From Planctomycetota bacterium (lineage in GTDB: Bacteria; Planctomycetota; JACQVX01), in contig JACQVX010000237.1 of NCBI GenBank assembly GCA_016209495.1, forward strand, positions 1-63,338: DNA of 63,338 nt. The letters are read 5' to 3'. Position numbers and translations under genes: made by a program. The notes under the pieces are model-generated. The model worked only from the letters and a program-made list of their open reading frames with translations, was not told where the DNA came from and did no database searches. Positions within the stretch are counted from its first letter, which is position 1, and each line of letters begins with the position of its first letter. Positions 29,660 to 37,170 of this stretch are shown piece by piece.

Positions 29660-29798
29660 TCTGTCTCCGGACGAGGCGCAGCCTCCTCGCCCCCGCCGCG
29701 TTTCGCTGCGCGCCGCGCGCCCCCCGGGCCTCGCCCCCCGGCGCCTCGCCGGGCGCCTCCCAGGCACCCGCATTGCTCGGTCCGTCTCAAGCGTGCAG

Positions 29799-29833
29799 GT
29801 GGTCGTGTCGATAGGAAGGGAGAGTGGTCGTGC
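29799..29833 (+). promoter_or_regulatory. 9-bp direct repeat in the 238-nt leader region of the polysaccharide operon
   Basis: GTGGTCGTG at 29799-29807 and again at 29825-29833 (26-bp period), 65-100 nt upstream of the wza-like ATG. I could not assign a clear -35/-10 in this gap. Confidence 0.3.
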
Positions 29834-29897
29834 TCCATGCCACGCCGGCCTCCGTCCGGCCCGGGTTCTCTCCGCCGTCCCACGAGGATCGAATCGC

Positions 29898-30680
29898 ATG
29901 AAGTCCTGCGGACTCCGCCTGGCGACGCTCGCCATCCTCCTCTCGGGTTGCCAGGCCCCTCCGGGGGAGGAACAGGCCTCCGGGACCCGGGCGCCCCTCT
30001 TCGACCCCATGACCCGGCCCTCGGAGGACCGGGGCCCCCTCGACCTCGCGCCCCCGGCCTATCGCTTCGGGCCGCGCGACCAGGTCGAGGTCCGGGTGCG
30101 GGACCACGACGAGTTCGGCGGCGAGTTCGAGGTGGAGCGGGACGGGGCCCTCCTCATCCCGGTCATCGACCGGCGGCTGCACGTGAGCGGGATGACCGAG
30201 CCTCAGGTGGAGGAGGCCGTCTCCCGCGCCGTGGCCGCCTACGTGGTAGGCGAGCCCGCGGTGCGGGTGCGGCTGCGGGGGGCCCGGAGCAAGTTCTTCT
30301 ACGCCTTCGGGGCGGTGGCGGCCCAGGGTAGACACCCGATGTCCGACGAGGTCCTGGACCTGCGGGACGCCATCCTCGCCGTGGGCAACTTCGCCCCCTC
30401 CGCCGCCGTGCGCCGCGTGCACCTCATCCGGCCGGACCCGGAGGAGCCCACCTACGTCGTGGTGGACGGTCGCGAGCTGCTCCTGGGCCTTACGGGCCTC
30501 AATGTGGCCCTGGAACCCGGGGACATCATCTACGTCCCGACCACCTACTACAGCCTGGTGAACGAGGTCCTCGGGACGGTCCTGGGCCAGCTCAACCGGG
30601 GCATCGGGGCCGACGCGACCTATCAGTACATCGAGGCCCGGCTCGCCCAGGGACCCGCGGCCGCTGGGGTGGGGAGGTAA
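29898..30680 (+). CDS. Polysaccharide export outer-membrane lipoprotein (Wza/Poly_export + SLBB family)
   Basis: Real part of ORF 29793..30680, from the ATG at 29898. Lipobox LLSGC. YRFGPRDQVEVRV is the Poly_export motif, and the C-terminal LEPGDIIYVP is SLBB-like. Confidence 0.8.
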   Translation: MKSCGLRLATLAILLSGCQAPPGEEQASGTRAPLFDPMTRPSEDRGPLDLAPPAYRFGPRDQVEVRVRDHDEFGGEFEVERDGALLIPVIDRRLHVSGMTEPQVEEAVSRAVAAYVVGEPAVRVRLRGARSKFFYAFGAVAAQGRHPMSDEVLDLRDAILAVGNFAPSAAVRRVHLIRPDPEEPTYVVVDGRELLLGLTGLNVALEPGDIIYVPTTYYSLVNEVLGTVLGQLNRGIGADATYQYIEARLAQGPAAAGVGR

Positions 30681-30684
30681 CGGC

Positions 30685-32751
30685 GTGGCGACCTCCCCCG
30701 TCCAGGTCGGACTCCGCGACTACCTGCAGATCGTCTTCCATCGCAAGTGGGTGATCCTGGGCATGACGGGGCTCTTCGTCGGGGGCTTCGGGGCCTATGC
30801 CTACACGGCCACGGAGATCTACGAGGCCTCCAACACGGTTCGCATCATCAGCGAGTTCCAGCAGAACCCCAACCTCGCGGACCTCACGAACACCACCCAC
30901 TTCCAGGCGCGGCTCGACGGGATCGTCCGCGAGCTGAAGACCACCGAGGGGATGCGTCGCGTCGTGGCGGCCGTGGACGGTCTGGCCGAGCGCGTCCCGG
31001 ACCTGAACGAGGTACAGGAGCTGCGACTGCCCCTCCTCCGGGAGCGGCTCCGGAAGCTGGAGCGGCAGCTCGAGGAGTCCACGGACCCGATCCTGCGGGA
31101 GCCCATCCGCCTCCGGGCGGACCGCACGCGTGCCCAGGTGGCGAGGACGGAGCGCCTCATCCGGGAGAACACCCGGATGGAGCAGCTCCTCCTCGAACTC
31201 CGGGACCAGGTCCGCGCGAATCCCGGCGACGTGGCGACCCTGCTGAAGGAGGAGGAGCTGGAAGGCAGCCTGACGGGCCAGCGCATGGTCCTGGGGATCG
31301 CCCTGGGACGGCTCCGCGGCGAGGTCCGGGTCGCCATGGTGGGCGGGAACAACCTCCGGGTCCAGTTCCAGCACTCGGTGCCGGAGGTGACCCGGGACGT
31401 GGTGGACGTGGTCATCGACGAGATCGAGGCGCGGGACTTCGACTCCCAGGTGGACGAGGTGCGCCGGGCGCGGCAGGTCCTGGACGAGAGGGTGGCGAAC
31501 GTCGAGGGGGAGGTCCTGGACATGCGGGCCCGCCTCGAGGCCCTCTATGAGCTCGGGGTCCTGGAGATCCGGCCGGGCGACCCCAGGGCCAACCTGGACG
31601 AGGTGCGCGCCCTCCCGGAGCCCACGGGCCAGACGCTGAACGAATACGCGAACTACCAGCGACAGCTCGAGGAGGTGGTCATCCGGATCCAGGAGGAGGA
31701 GGACTCCCTGGGGGCGGTGGAGCAGGAGATCGGCGCGGAGGCGCCCTTCACCACCACCCGGACCACCGAGCGAGTGGTCTCCGCGGAACAGCAGCAGCTC
31801 CAGGGCGAGCTGGCGCGGGCGCGACTGGAGTTCACCCGCGAACGCGCGCGGAACACGGACCTGCACCCCGCCGTCGAGGCGCTGCGGCGGCGCATCGCCG
31901 AGCTGGAACAGGTCCTGCAGGAGGTCACCACGAACTCCGAGTCGGTGCGGGAGGACCGGGCTCGGAACCCCGCCTACGAGCGCCTCGTGGAGGGGCGCAC
32001 GAAGGGCCGTCTCGAGCTGAAGAAGCTCAAGGCGCGCAGGGACGAGCTCCAGCGGCTCTCCCAGCAGTATTTCGGAAAGCTGAAGGACATCCCCCGCCGC
32101 CAGCTCGAGGCCTGGCAGCTCCAGATCGACTACGGCAACCGGCTCCAGACCCTCCAGACCTACCGCACCCGGCTGGAGGACGCCATCGTCACCGAGGAGC
32201 TGGAGATCAAGAAGCGGGGGACCTATTTCGTGAAGCCGGACCCGACCGCCGTCCCCTCCGCCCCGGTAGCCCCGAACCGCCCCTTGCTCATCCTCCTGGG
32301 CCTCATGCTGGGCTCCTTCACGAGCGGCGGCGCGGTGTTCTTCATCGAGTACGCGGACCACTCCATCCGGAGCATCTCGGACGTGAAGCGCCACCTGGAC
32401 CTGCCGGTCCTGGGGGCCATCTCGGAGATGGCCCTTCAGGAGGAGGAGGTGGAGAAGACGGTCCTGGGGTGGCTGGGCTGGCTCGGCCGGCGGCTCCGGT
32501 GGTGGCTGGTGGCGGCCGTCGCCGTCCCGGTGGCCGCCTGGCTGACCGTGGCCGTGGTCCGGGAGGTCTCCTGGCGCTATCGGGTCTGGCAGGCGGGCAG
32601 GGAGGGCGTGCGGGCCACCGGCGTGGAACTGGAGGGCGCACCGCCCGCGGCAGCGCCGGACGCACGAACGCCGGAGGCGTCGCCGGACGAGGCCGAGTCC
32701 GATGGCATCTTCGAACCGCGCACCCGGTCGTCGACGGGGGGCGGCCGATGA
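30685..32751 (+). CDS. Polysaccharide co-polymerase / chain-length determinant (Wzz-GumC family, no kinase domain)
   Basis: 688 aa. GGGGAGG SD 7 nt before the GTG at 30685. LRDYLQIVFHRKWVILGMTGLFVGGFGAYAY is the Wzz N-terminal TM motif. A long coiled-coil periplasmic region follows, then the second TM PLLILLGLMLGSFTSGGAVFFIEY and a further TM. Confidence 0.8.
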   Translation: MATSPVQVGLRDYLQIVFHRKWVILGMTGLFVGGFGAYAYTATEIYEASNTVRIISEFQQNPNLADLTNTTHFQARLDGIVRELKTTEGMRRVVAAVDGLAERVPDLNEVQELRLPLLRERLRKLERQLEESTDPILREPIRLRADRTRAQVARTERLIRENTRMEQLLLELRDQVRANPGDVATLLKEEELEGSLTGQRMVLGIALGRLRGEVRVAMVGGNNLRVQFQHSVPEVTRDVVDVVIDEIEARDFDSQVDEVRRARQVLDERVANVEGEVLDMRARLEALYELGVLEIRPGDPRANLDEVRALPEPTGQTLNEYANYQRQLEEVVIRIQEEEDSLGAVEQEIGAEAPFTTTRTTERVVSAEQQQLQGELARARLEFTRERARNTDLHPAVEALRRRIAELEQVLQEVTTNSESVREDRARNPAYERLVEGRTKGRLELKKLKARRDELQRLSQQYFGKLKDIPRRQLEAWQLQIDYGNRLQTLQTYRTRLEDAIVTEELEIKKRGTYFVKPDPTAVPSAPVAPNRPLLILLGLMLGSFTSGGAVFFIEYADHSIRSISDVKRHLDLPVLGAISEMALQEEEVEKTVLGWLGWLGRRLRWWLVAAVAVPVAAWLTVAVVREVSWRYRVWQAGREGVRATGVELEGAPPAAAPDARTPEASPDEAESDGIFEPRTRSSTGGGR

Positions 32752-33692
32752 CGAAGCCCCTGGACGACCTCTACCGCAAGGTCCTGCGCCGCGAGAGCGG
32801 CCTCCGGGAGGTCGCGCCGGGCGTCGCGGTCCGCACGCCCCCGCCGCCGAGCGCGGCGGTGGCGGAGGCCCTGGCGACCCTCACCCCCCCGGGGACGCGC
32901 ACCGCCTCGCGCATGGTGGACGAAGAGTTCTTCTCGAGGGTAGTCCGGGTGCCTCGCTTCGACATCGACCGCCACGTCCTGGTGCTCTCCGGGACGCAGC
33001 TCGCGGAGGAGTACCGCCAGATGCGCACCCACCTCCAGGCCCTGGCGGCGGAGCACGGGGTGCGTGTCTTCGGGCTCACCTCCTGTCACCACGCGGAGGG
33101 CAAGACGAGCACGGCCATCAACACGGCCCGGTTCCTGGCGAAGTCCCAGGACTCGCGGGTGGTCCTGCTGGACTGCGACCTGCGGCGACCCGGGGTGAAG
33201 GGTTTCCTGGGCCACGAGCCCGAGGCGGGCATGGACACGATCCTCGCGGGCGAGACGGAACTGGCCTCCTCGATGGTGTATTCCGAGGAGGACAACCTGC
33301 ACGTGGTCTTCGCCACCCGCGGGATCTCCAGCGCGGCGGAGGCGCTGGAGTCGAGCCGCTTCGAGGCGGTCATCGCGACGCTCCGGCCGCGGTTCGACTT
33401 CGTGGTGATCGACACCCCGCCGCTGCTCTCCACGACGGACCCGGCGGTCATCGGGAAGCGGACCGACGGAATGGCCCTCGTGGTCCAGGCCGGCGCCACC
33501 CAGCGCGAGTCCGTGCACCACGCCCGCTCGCTCCTGGAGCAGGTGGGGGTGCAGGTCCTGGGGATCGTCCTCGCCAAGGTGAGGGACTACCTCCCCAGGA
33601 GCAAGTACCTCTACCGCTATCACTACTATCATGACTACTACAACTACTATAAGTACTACCGCGAGCCCGAAGAGCCCGCCGGGCGCGGCTGA
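32748..33692 (+). CDS. BY-kinase (CpsD/CapB-type protein-tyrosine kinase) with C-terminal tyrosine cluster
   Basis: Real part of ORF 32469..33692, from the ATG at 32748 (ATGA overlap). Walker A GLTSCHHAEGKTSTAINTA, Walker A' VVLLDCDLRRP, Walker B DFVVIDTPP. C-terminal YLPRSKYLYRYHYYHDYYNYYKYY. Confidence 0.85.
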   Translation: MTKPLDDLYRKVLRRESGLREVAPGVAVRTPPPPSAAVAEALATLTPPGTRTASRMVDEEFFSRVVRVPRFDIDRHVLVLSGTQLAEEYRQMRTHLQALAAEHGVRVFGLTSCHHAEGKTSTAINTARFLAKSQDSRVVLLDCDLRRPGVKGFLGHEPEAGMDTILAGETELASSMVYSEEDNLHVVFATRGISSAAEALESSRFEAVIATLRPRFDFVVIDTPPLLSTTDPAVIGKRTDGMALVVQAGATQRESVHHARSLLEQVGVQVLGIVLAKVRDYLPRSKYLYRYHYYHDYYNYYKYYREPEEPAGRG

Positions 33693-34611
33693 GCCGGCCC
33701 TCGGGGCGCTCTCCGTCTCGGTGGTCATCCCGGCCCGGGACGAGGTGCGGTCCATCGGGGCCGTGGTGGCGGGGGTGGAGCGCGTCCTCCGCCAGCGGGT
33801 CGCATCCCTCGAGGTCCTCGTCGTGGACGACGGCTCCGCGGACGGCACCGCCGAGGCGGCCCGGGTCGCCGGTGCGCGGGTCGTCACCCACCCCTACTCC
33901 ATAGGCAACGGCGCGGCGGTGAAGACCGGGATCCGGCGGGCCCGAGGCGAGGTCGTGGTGCTCATGGACGCCGACGGTCAGCACGACCCCGAGGACCTCC
34001 CGCGGATCCTGGGGCCCATGGCCCGCCACGACATGGTGGTGGGCGCGCGGGGGCGCGGCTCCGAGGGGGCCTGGCACCGCAACCTGGCCAACCGGGTCTA
34101 CAACGGATTCGCGAGCTACATCACGCGACGCAAGGTGCAGGACCTGACGAGCGGATACCGGGCCGTGCGGCGCCGGGTGGCCCTGGAGTTCCTCTACCTC
34201 CTCCCGAACGAGTTCTCCTACCCGACCACCCTGACCCTCTCCTGCTTCCGGTCGGGTTACGCGGTGCGCTACGTCCCCATCGCCGCCCGGCGGCGCGTGG
34301 GGAGGAGCAAGATCCGGATCGCGAGGGACGGGTTCCTCTTCCTCCTCATCCTCTTCAAGGTGGGCACCCTCTACAGCCCGCTACGCACCTTCCTCCCCTT
34401 CAGCTTCGCCTCCCTGGCGGCGGGCCTCCTCTACGGGAGCTGGATGATCGGCGTCCACCACCACTTCTCCAACGGGGTCCTCATCCTGCTGGTGACGGGG
34501 CTCATGACCTTCCTCATGAGCCTCATCGCCCAGCAGGTGTCGCTGCTCCGGCTGGAGATCGCCGAGGCCCGCGCCGCGGCCCACCGCGGCGAGGGCGAGG
34601 ACGCCTCGTGA
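33631..34611 (+). CDS. GT2 glycosyltransferase with C-terminal TM helices (polyprenyl-phosphate glycosyltransferase-like)
   Basis: 326 aa with VSVVIPARDE, VVDDGSADGT and DADGQHDP (DxD), followed by C-terminal membrane helices. The ATG at 33631 lies inside the Tyr-cluster codons of the kinase (62-nt overlap), so the true start is uncertain; an in-frame GTG lies near 33721. Confidence 0.75.
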   Translation: MTTTTTISTTASPKSPPGAAEPALGALSVSVVIPARDEVRSIGAVVAGVERVLRQRVASLEVLVVDDGSADGTAEAARVAGARVVTHPYSIGNGAAVKTGIRRARGEVVVLMDADGQHDPEDLPRILGPMARHDMVVGARGRGSEGAWHRNLANRVYNGFASYITRRKVQDLTSGYRAVRRRVALEFLYLLPNEFSYPTTLTLSCFRSGYAVRYVPIAARRRVGRSKIRIARDGFLFLLILFKVGTLYSPLRTFLPFSFASLAAGLLYGSWMIGVHHHFSNGVLILLVTGLMTFLMSLIAQQVSLLRLEIAEARAAAHRGEGEDAS

Positions 34612-36176
34612 CCCCGCGGGGAGCGACGTCCGCGCCGGGCGAGATGGCCCAGGAGGGGGTGTGTCTGGTGATCCCCCCCTCGGGCTTCCTCCTGGACGAG
34701 CGGGTCTTCGTCTCCCTGGGGGTGCTCCGGGTGGCGGCGGTCCTGGAGGAGCGGGGGGTCCCCGTGGACGTGGTGGACCTCTCGGGCGTGGAGAACCCCG
34801 GCGAGGCCCTGGCCTCCTACGCCGCGCGCTCGGCGCGGCGCTGGTATGGCTTCACGGCCACCACGCCCCAGCTCCCGGCGGCGGTCGACCTGGCCGCCAC
34901 GGTCCGACAGGCGCGGCCCGGCGCGCGGCTCGTCCTGGGGGGGCCCCACGCCACCCTGGTCCACTCGGCGTGGAGGCGGGAGCGCCGCTCGGACGTGGTG
35001 GGGAGGGCCCACGAGGCCCTCCGGCGCCTGCAGGAGGCCTTCGACGTCGTGGTGGCGGGGGACGGGGAGCTGGCGGTCTTCCGGACCCTCGGGGCGGAGG
35101 CGCCGCGTCTCGTGGACGCGGACGACCCCCGGGGGGGGCTCTTCATGTCGGAGGCGGCCTACGGCGAGAGCCCGTTCCCGGCCAGGCACCTGGTGGACCT
35201 GGACTCCTACCGCTACTCCATCGAGGGCCACCGCGCCACGAGCCTCATCTCGCAGCTCGGGTGCCCCTTCGGCTGCGGCTTCTGCGGCGGCCGCCTCACC
35301 AACGCCTTCCGGAGGGTCCGCACCCGGAGCGTGGAGGGCGTGGTGGCGGAGCTGGAGGAGCTCCACCGGGACCACGGCTACACGGGTTTCATGTTCTATG
35401 ACGACGAGCTGAACGTGAGCCCCCAGATGGTGGCGCTCATGCGGGCCATCACGGCGCTCCAGCGGAGGCTCGGGGTCGAGTTCCGCCTGCGGGGCTTCGT
35501 CAAGGCGGAGCTCTTCACCGACGCCCAGGCGGAGGCCATGCACGAGGCGGGCTTCCGCTGGGTCCTGGCGGGGTTCGAGGCCGGTTCGCCGCGCATCCTG
35601 GAGAACATCGGGAAGCGCGCCACGCGCGAGGACAACACCCGGGCGGTGGCCATCGCGCGGCGCCACGGCCTGAAGGTGAAGGCCCTCATGTCCGTGGGCC
35701 ACCCGGGAGAGACCGCCGGGACCGTGGGGGACCTGCGGGATTGGCTGCTGGAGGTGCGCCCCGACGACTTCGACTGCACCATCATCACGACCTACCCCGG
35801 CACCCCCTACTACGACGAGGCGAGGCCGCACCCCGCGCTCCGGGGGGTCTGGACCTACACCCAGCCGCGCACGGGGGATCGCCTGCACGCGGTGGCCGTC
35901 GACTACTCGCGGGTCGCCGACTACTACAAGGGCCGGCCGGGCGGTGGCTATCGGGCCTACGTCTACACCGACGAGCTGGGCGCCGAGGACCTGGTGCGCC
36001 TGCGGGACCGGGTGGAGGAGGAGGTCCGCGAGCGGCTCGCCATCCCCTACAACCCCTCGGGGGCCGCCCGCCGCTACGAGCACAGCATGGGGCAGCTCGG
36101 CCCCGTCCTCCCCCCCTTCATCCTGCGCACGAGCCCCGGGAGGGCCGCCGGGAGGGTCGATGCGCGAGCCTCCTGA
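34608..36176 (+). CDS. B12-binding-domain radical SAM enzyme
   Basis: 522 aa. The N-terminal Rossmann-like segment (CLVIPPSGFLLDERVFVSLGVLRVAAVLEERGVPVDVVDLSG...LVLGGPHATL) is followed by the CxxxCxxC cluster motif CPFGCGFC and a TIM-barrel-like core (FMFYDDELN, GFEAGSPRIL). GTGA overlap with the upstream stop. Confidence 0.8.
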   Translation: MTPRGATSAPGEMAQEGVCLVIPPSGFLLDERVFVSLGVLRVAAVLEERGVPVDVVDLSGVENPGEALASYAARSARRWYGFTATTPQLPAAVDLAATVRQARPGARLVLGGPHATLVHSAWRRERRSDVVGRAHEALRRLQEAFDVVVAGDGELAVFRTLGAEAPRLVDADDPRGGLFMSEAAYGESPFPARHLVDLDSYRYSIEGHRATSLISQLGCPFGCGFCGGRLTNAFRRVRTRSVEGVVAELEELHRDHGYTGFMFYDDELNVSPQMVALMRAITALQRRLGVEFRLRGFVKAELFTDAQAEAMHEAGFRWVLAGFEAGSPRILENIGKRATREDNTRAVAIARRHGLKVKALMSVGHPGETAGTVGDLRDWLLEVRPDDFDCTIITTYPGTPYYDEARPHPALRGVWTYTQPRTGDRLHAVAVDYSRVADYYKGRPGGGYRAYVYTDELGAEDLVRLRDRVEEEVRERLAIPYNPSGAARRYEHSMGQLGPVLPPFILRTSPGRAAGRVDARAS

Positions 36177-37170
36177 GGAGCCGCACCGCCCGCACCTCTC
36201 CGTGGTGGTCCCCCTCTACGACGAGGGGGAGACGCTCCCGGAGCTGCTCGATCGCCTCCAGGCCGCCTGCCGCCAGGAGACCGAGGACTACGAGGTGATC
36301 CTCTGCGACGATGGGTCCAGGGACGGGACGGCGGCCGTGGCGCTGGCCGCCCGTTCGCGCGACCCCCGGATCAAGCTCCTCCGGCTCTCGAGGAACTTCG
36401 GGCACCACCACGCCGCCCAGGCCGGGATGGAGCACGCCCGCGGGGAGTGGCTCTACTGCCTGGACGGAGATCTGCAAGACCCGCCGGAGCTGCTCTCCGA
36501 CCTCTTCCGCAAGGCCCGTCAGGGCTACGACGTGGTGAGCGCCCGGAAGCGCCAGAGGCCCGAACGCGGCCTGCGGGGGCTGGGCTTCCGCGTCTTCCAC
36601 GCCCTCCTCGGACGGCTGGCCACGGAGTTCCCGCTGGAGCCGAACCTGGGCTTCTTCTCCCTCATGCGCCGCCCCGTCTACGAGGAGCTCCGGGCCCTGA
36701 GGGAGAGGCACAAGTTCCTGGCGGGGATGCGCCAGTGGGTGGGCTTCCGCCAGGCGGTGGTGGACTTCCACCGGGCGGCCCGCCGCTCGGGCGAGTCCCG
36801 GCAGAGCCTGCGGCGGCTGGCGGCCCTGGCCCTGGACGCCCTCTTCGGCTTCTCCTCGGTCCCCGTCAAGGCCATCTGGTCCCTGGGCCTGGCGGGCCTG
36901 GCCGTGTCGCTGCTCGGGGCGCTCCACACGACCTACAGCTACCTCTTCATCCCCTACGCCCCCATCGGGTGGTCCTCCCTGATGGCGGCCGTCCTCTTCA
37001 TGGGGAGCGTTCAGCTCTGCTCGGTGAGCCTCCTGGGCGAATACATCTGGCGCATCTACGGCGAGGTGCGGCGGCGCCCCTACCACATCGTCGCGGAGCG
37101 GCACGGCTTCGAAGGCGAGGAGAAGGCGCGCGAGGAGCCGCTCGCCGAGCGGTCGCCGGCGAGGGTGTGA
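36160..37170 (+). CDS. GtrB/ArnC/CsbB-like GT2 polyprenyl-phosphate glycosyltransferase
   Basis: Real part of ORF 35944..37170, from the ATG at 36160. LSVVVPLYDE, CDDGSRDGT, LDGDLQDPPE, two C-terminal TM helices, and the tail SLLGEYIWRIYGEVRRRPYHIV typical of this subfamily. Confidence 0.8.
   Translation: MREPPEEPHRPHLSVVVPLYDEGETLPELLDRLQAACRQETEDYEVILCDDGSRDGTAAVALAARSRDPRIKLLRLSRNFGHHHAAQAGMEHARGEWLYCLDGDLQDPPELLSDLFRKARQGYDVVSARKRQRPERGLRGLGFRVFHALLGRLATEFPLEPNLGFFSLMRRPVYEELRALRERHKFLAGMRQWVGFRQAVVDFHRAARRSGESRQSLRRLAALALDALFGFSSVPVKAIWSLGLAGLAVSLLGALHTTYSYLFIPYAPIGWSSLMAAVLFMGSVQLCSVSLLGEYIWRIYGEVRRRPYHIVAERHGFEGEEKAREEPLAERSPARV

Noticed and set aside
33600-33660. AT-richer patch inside the EPS operon, considered as an insertion scar or internal promoter
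   Set aside because: It is fully explained by the run of TAC/TAT tyrosine codons of the BY-kinase C-terminal cluster.
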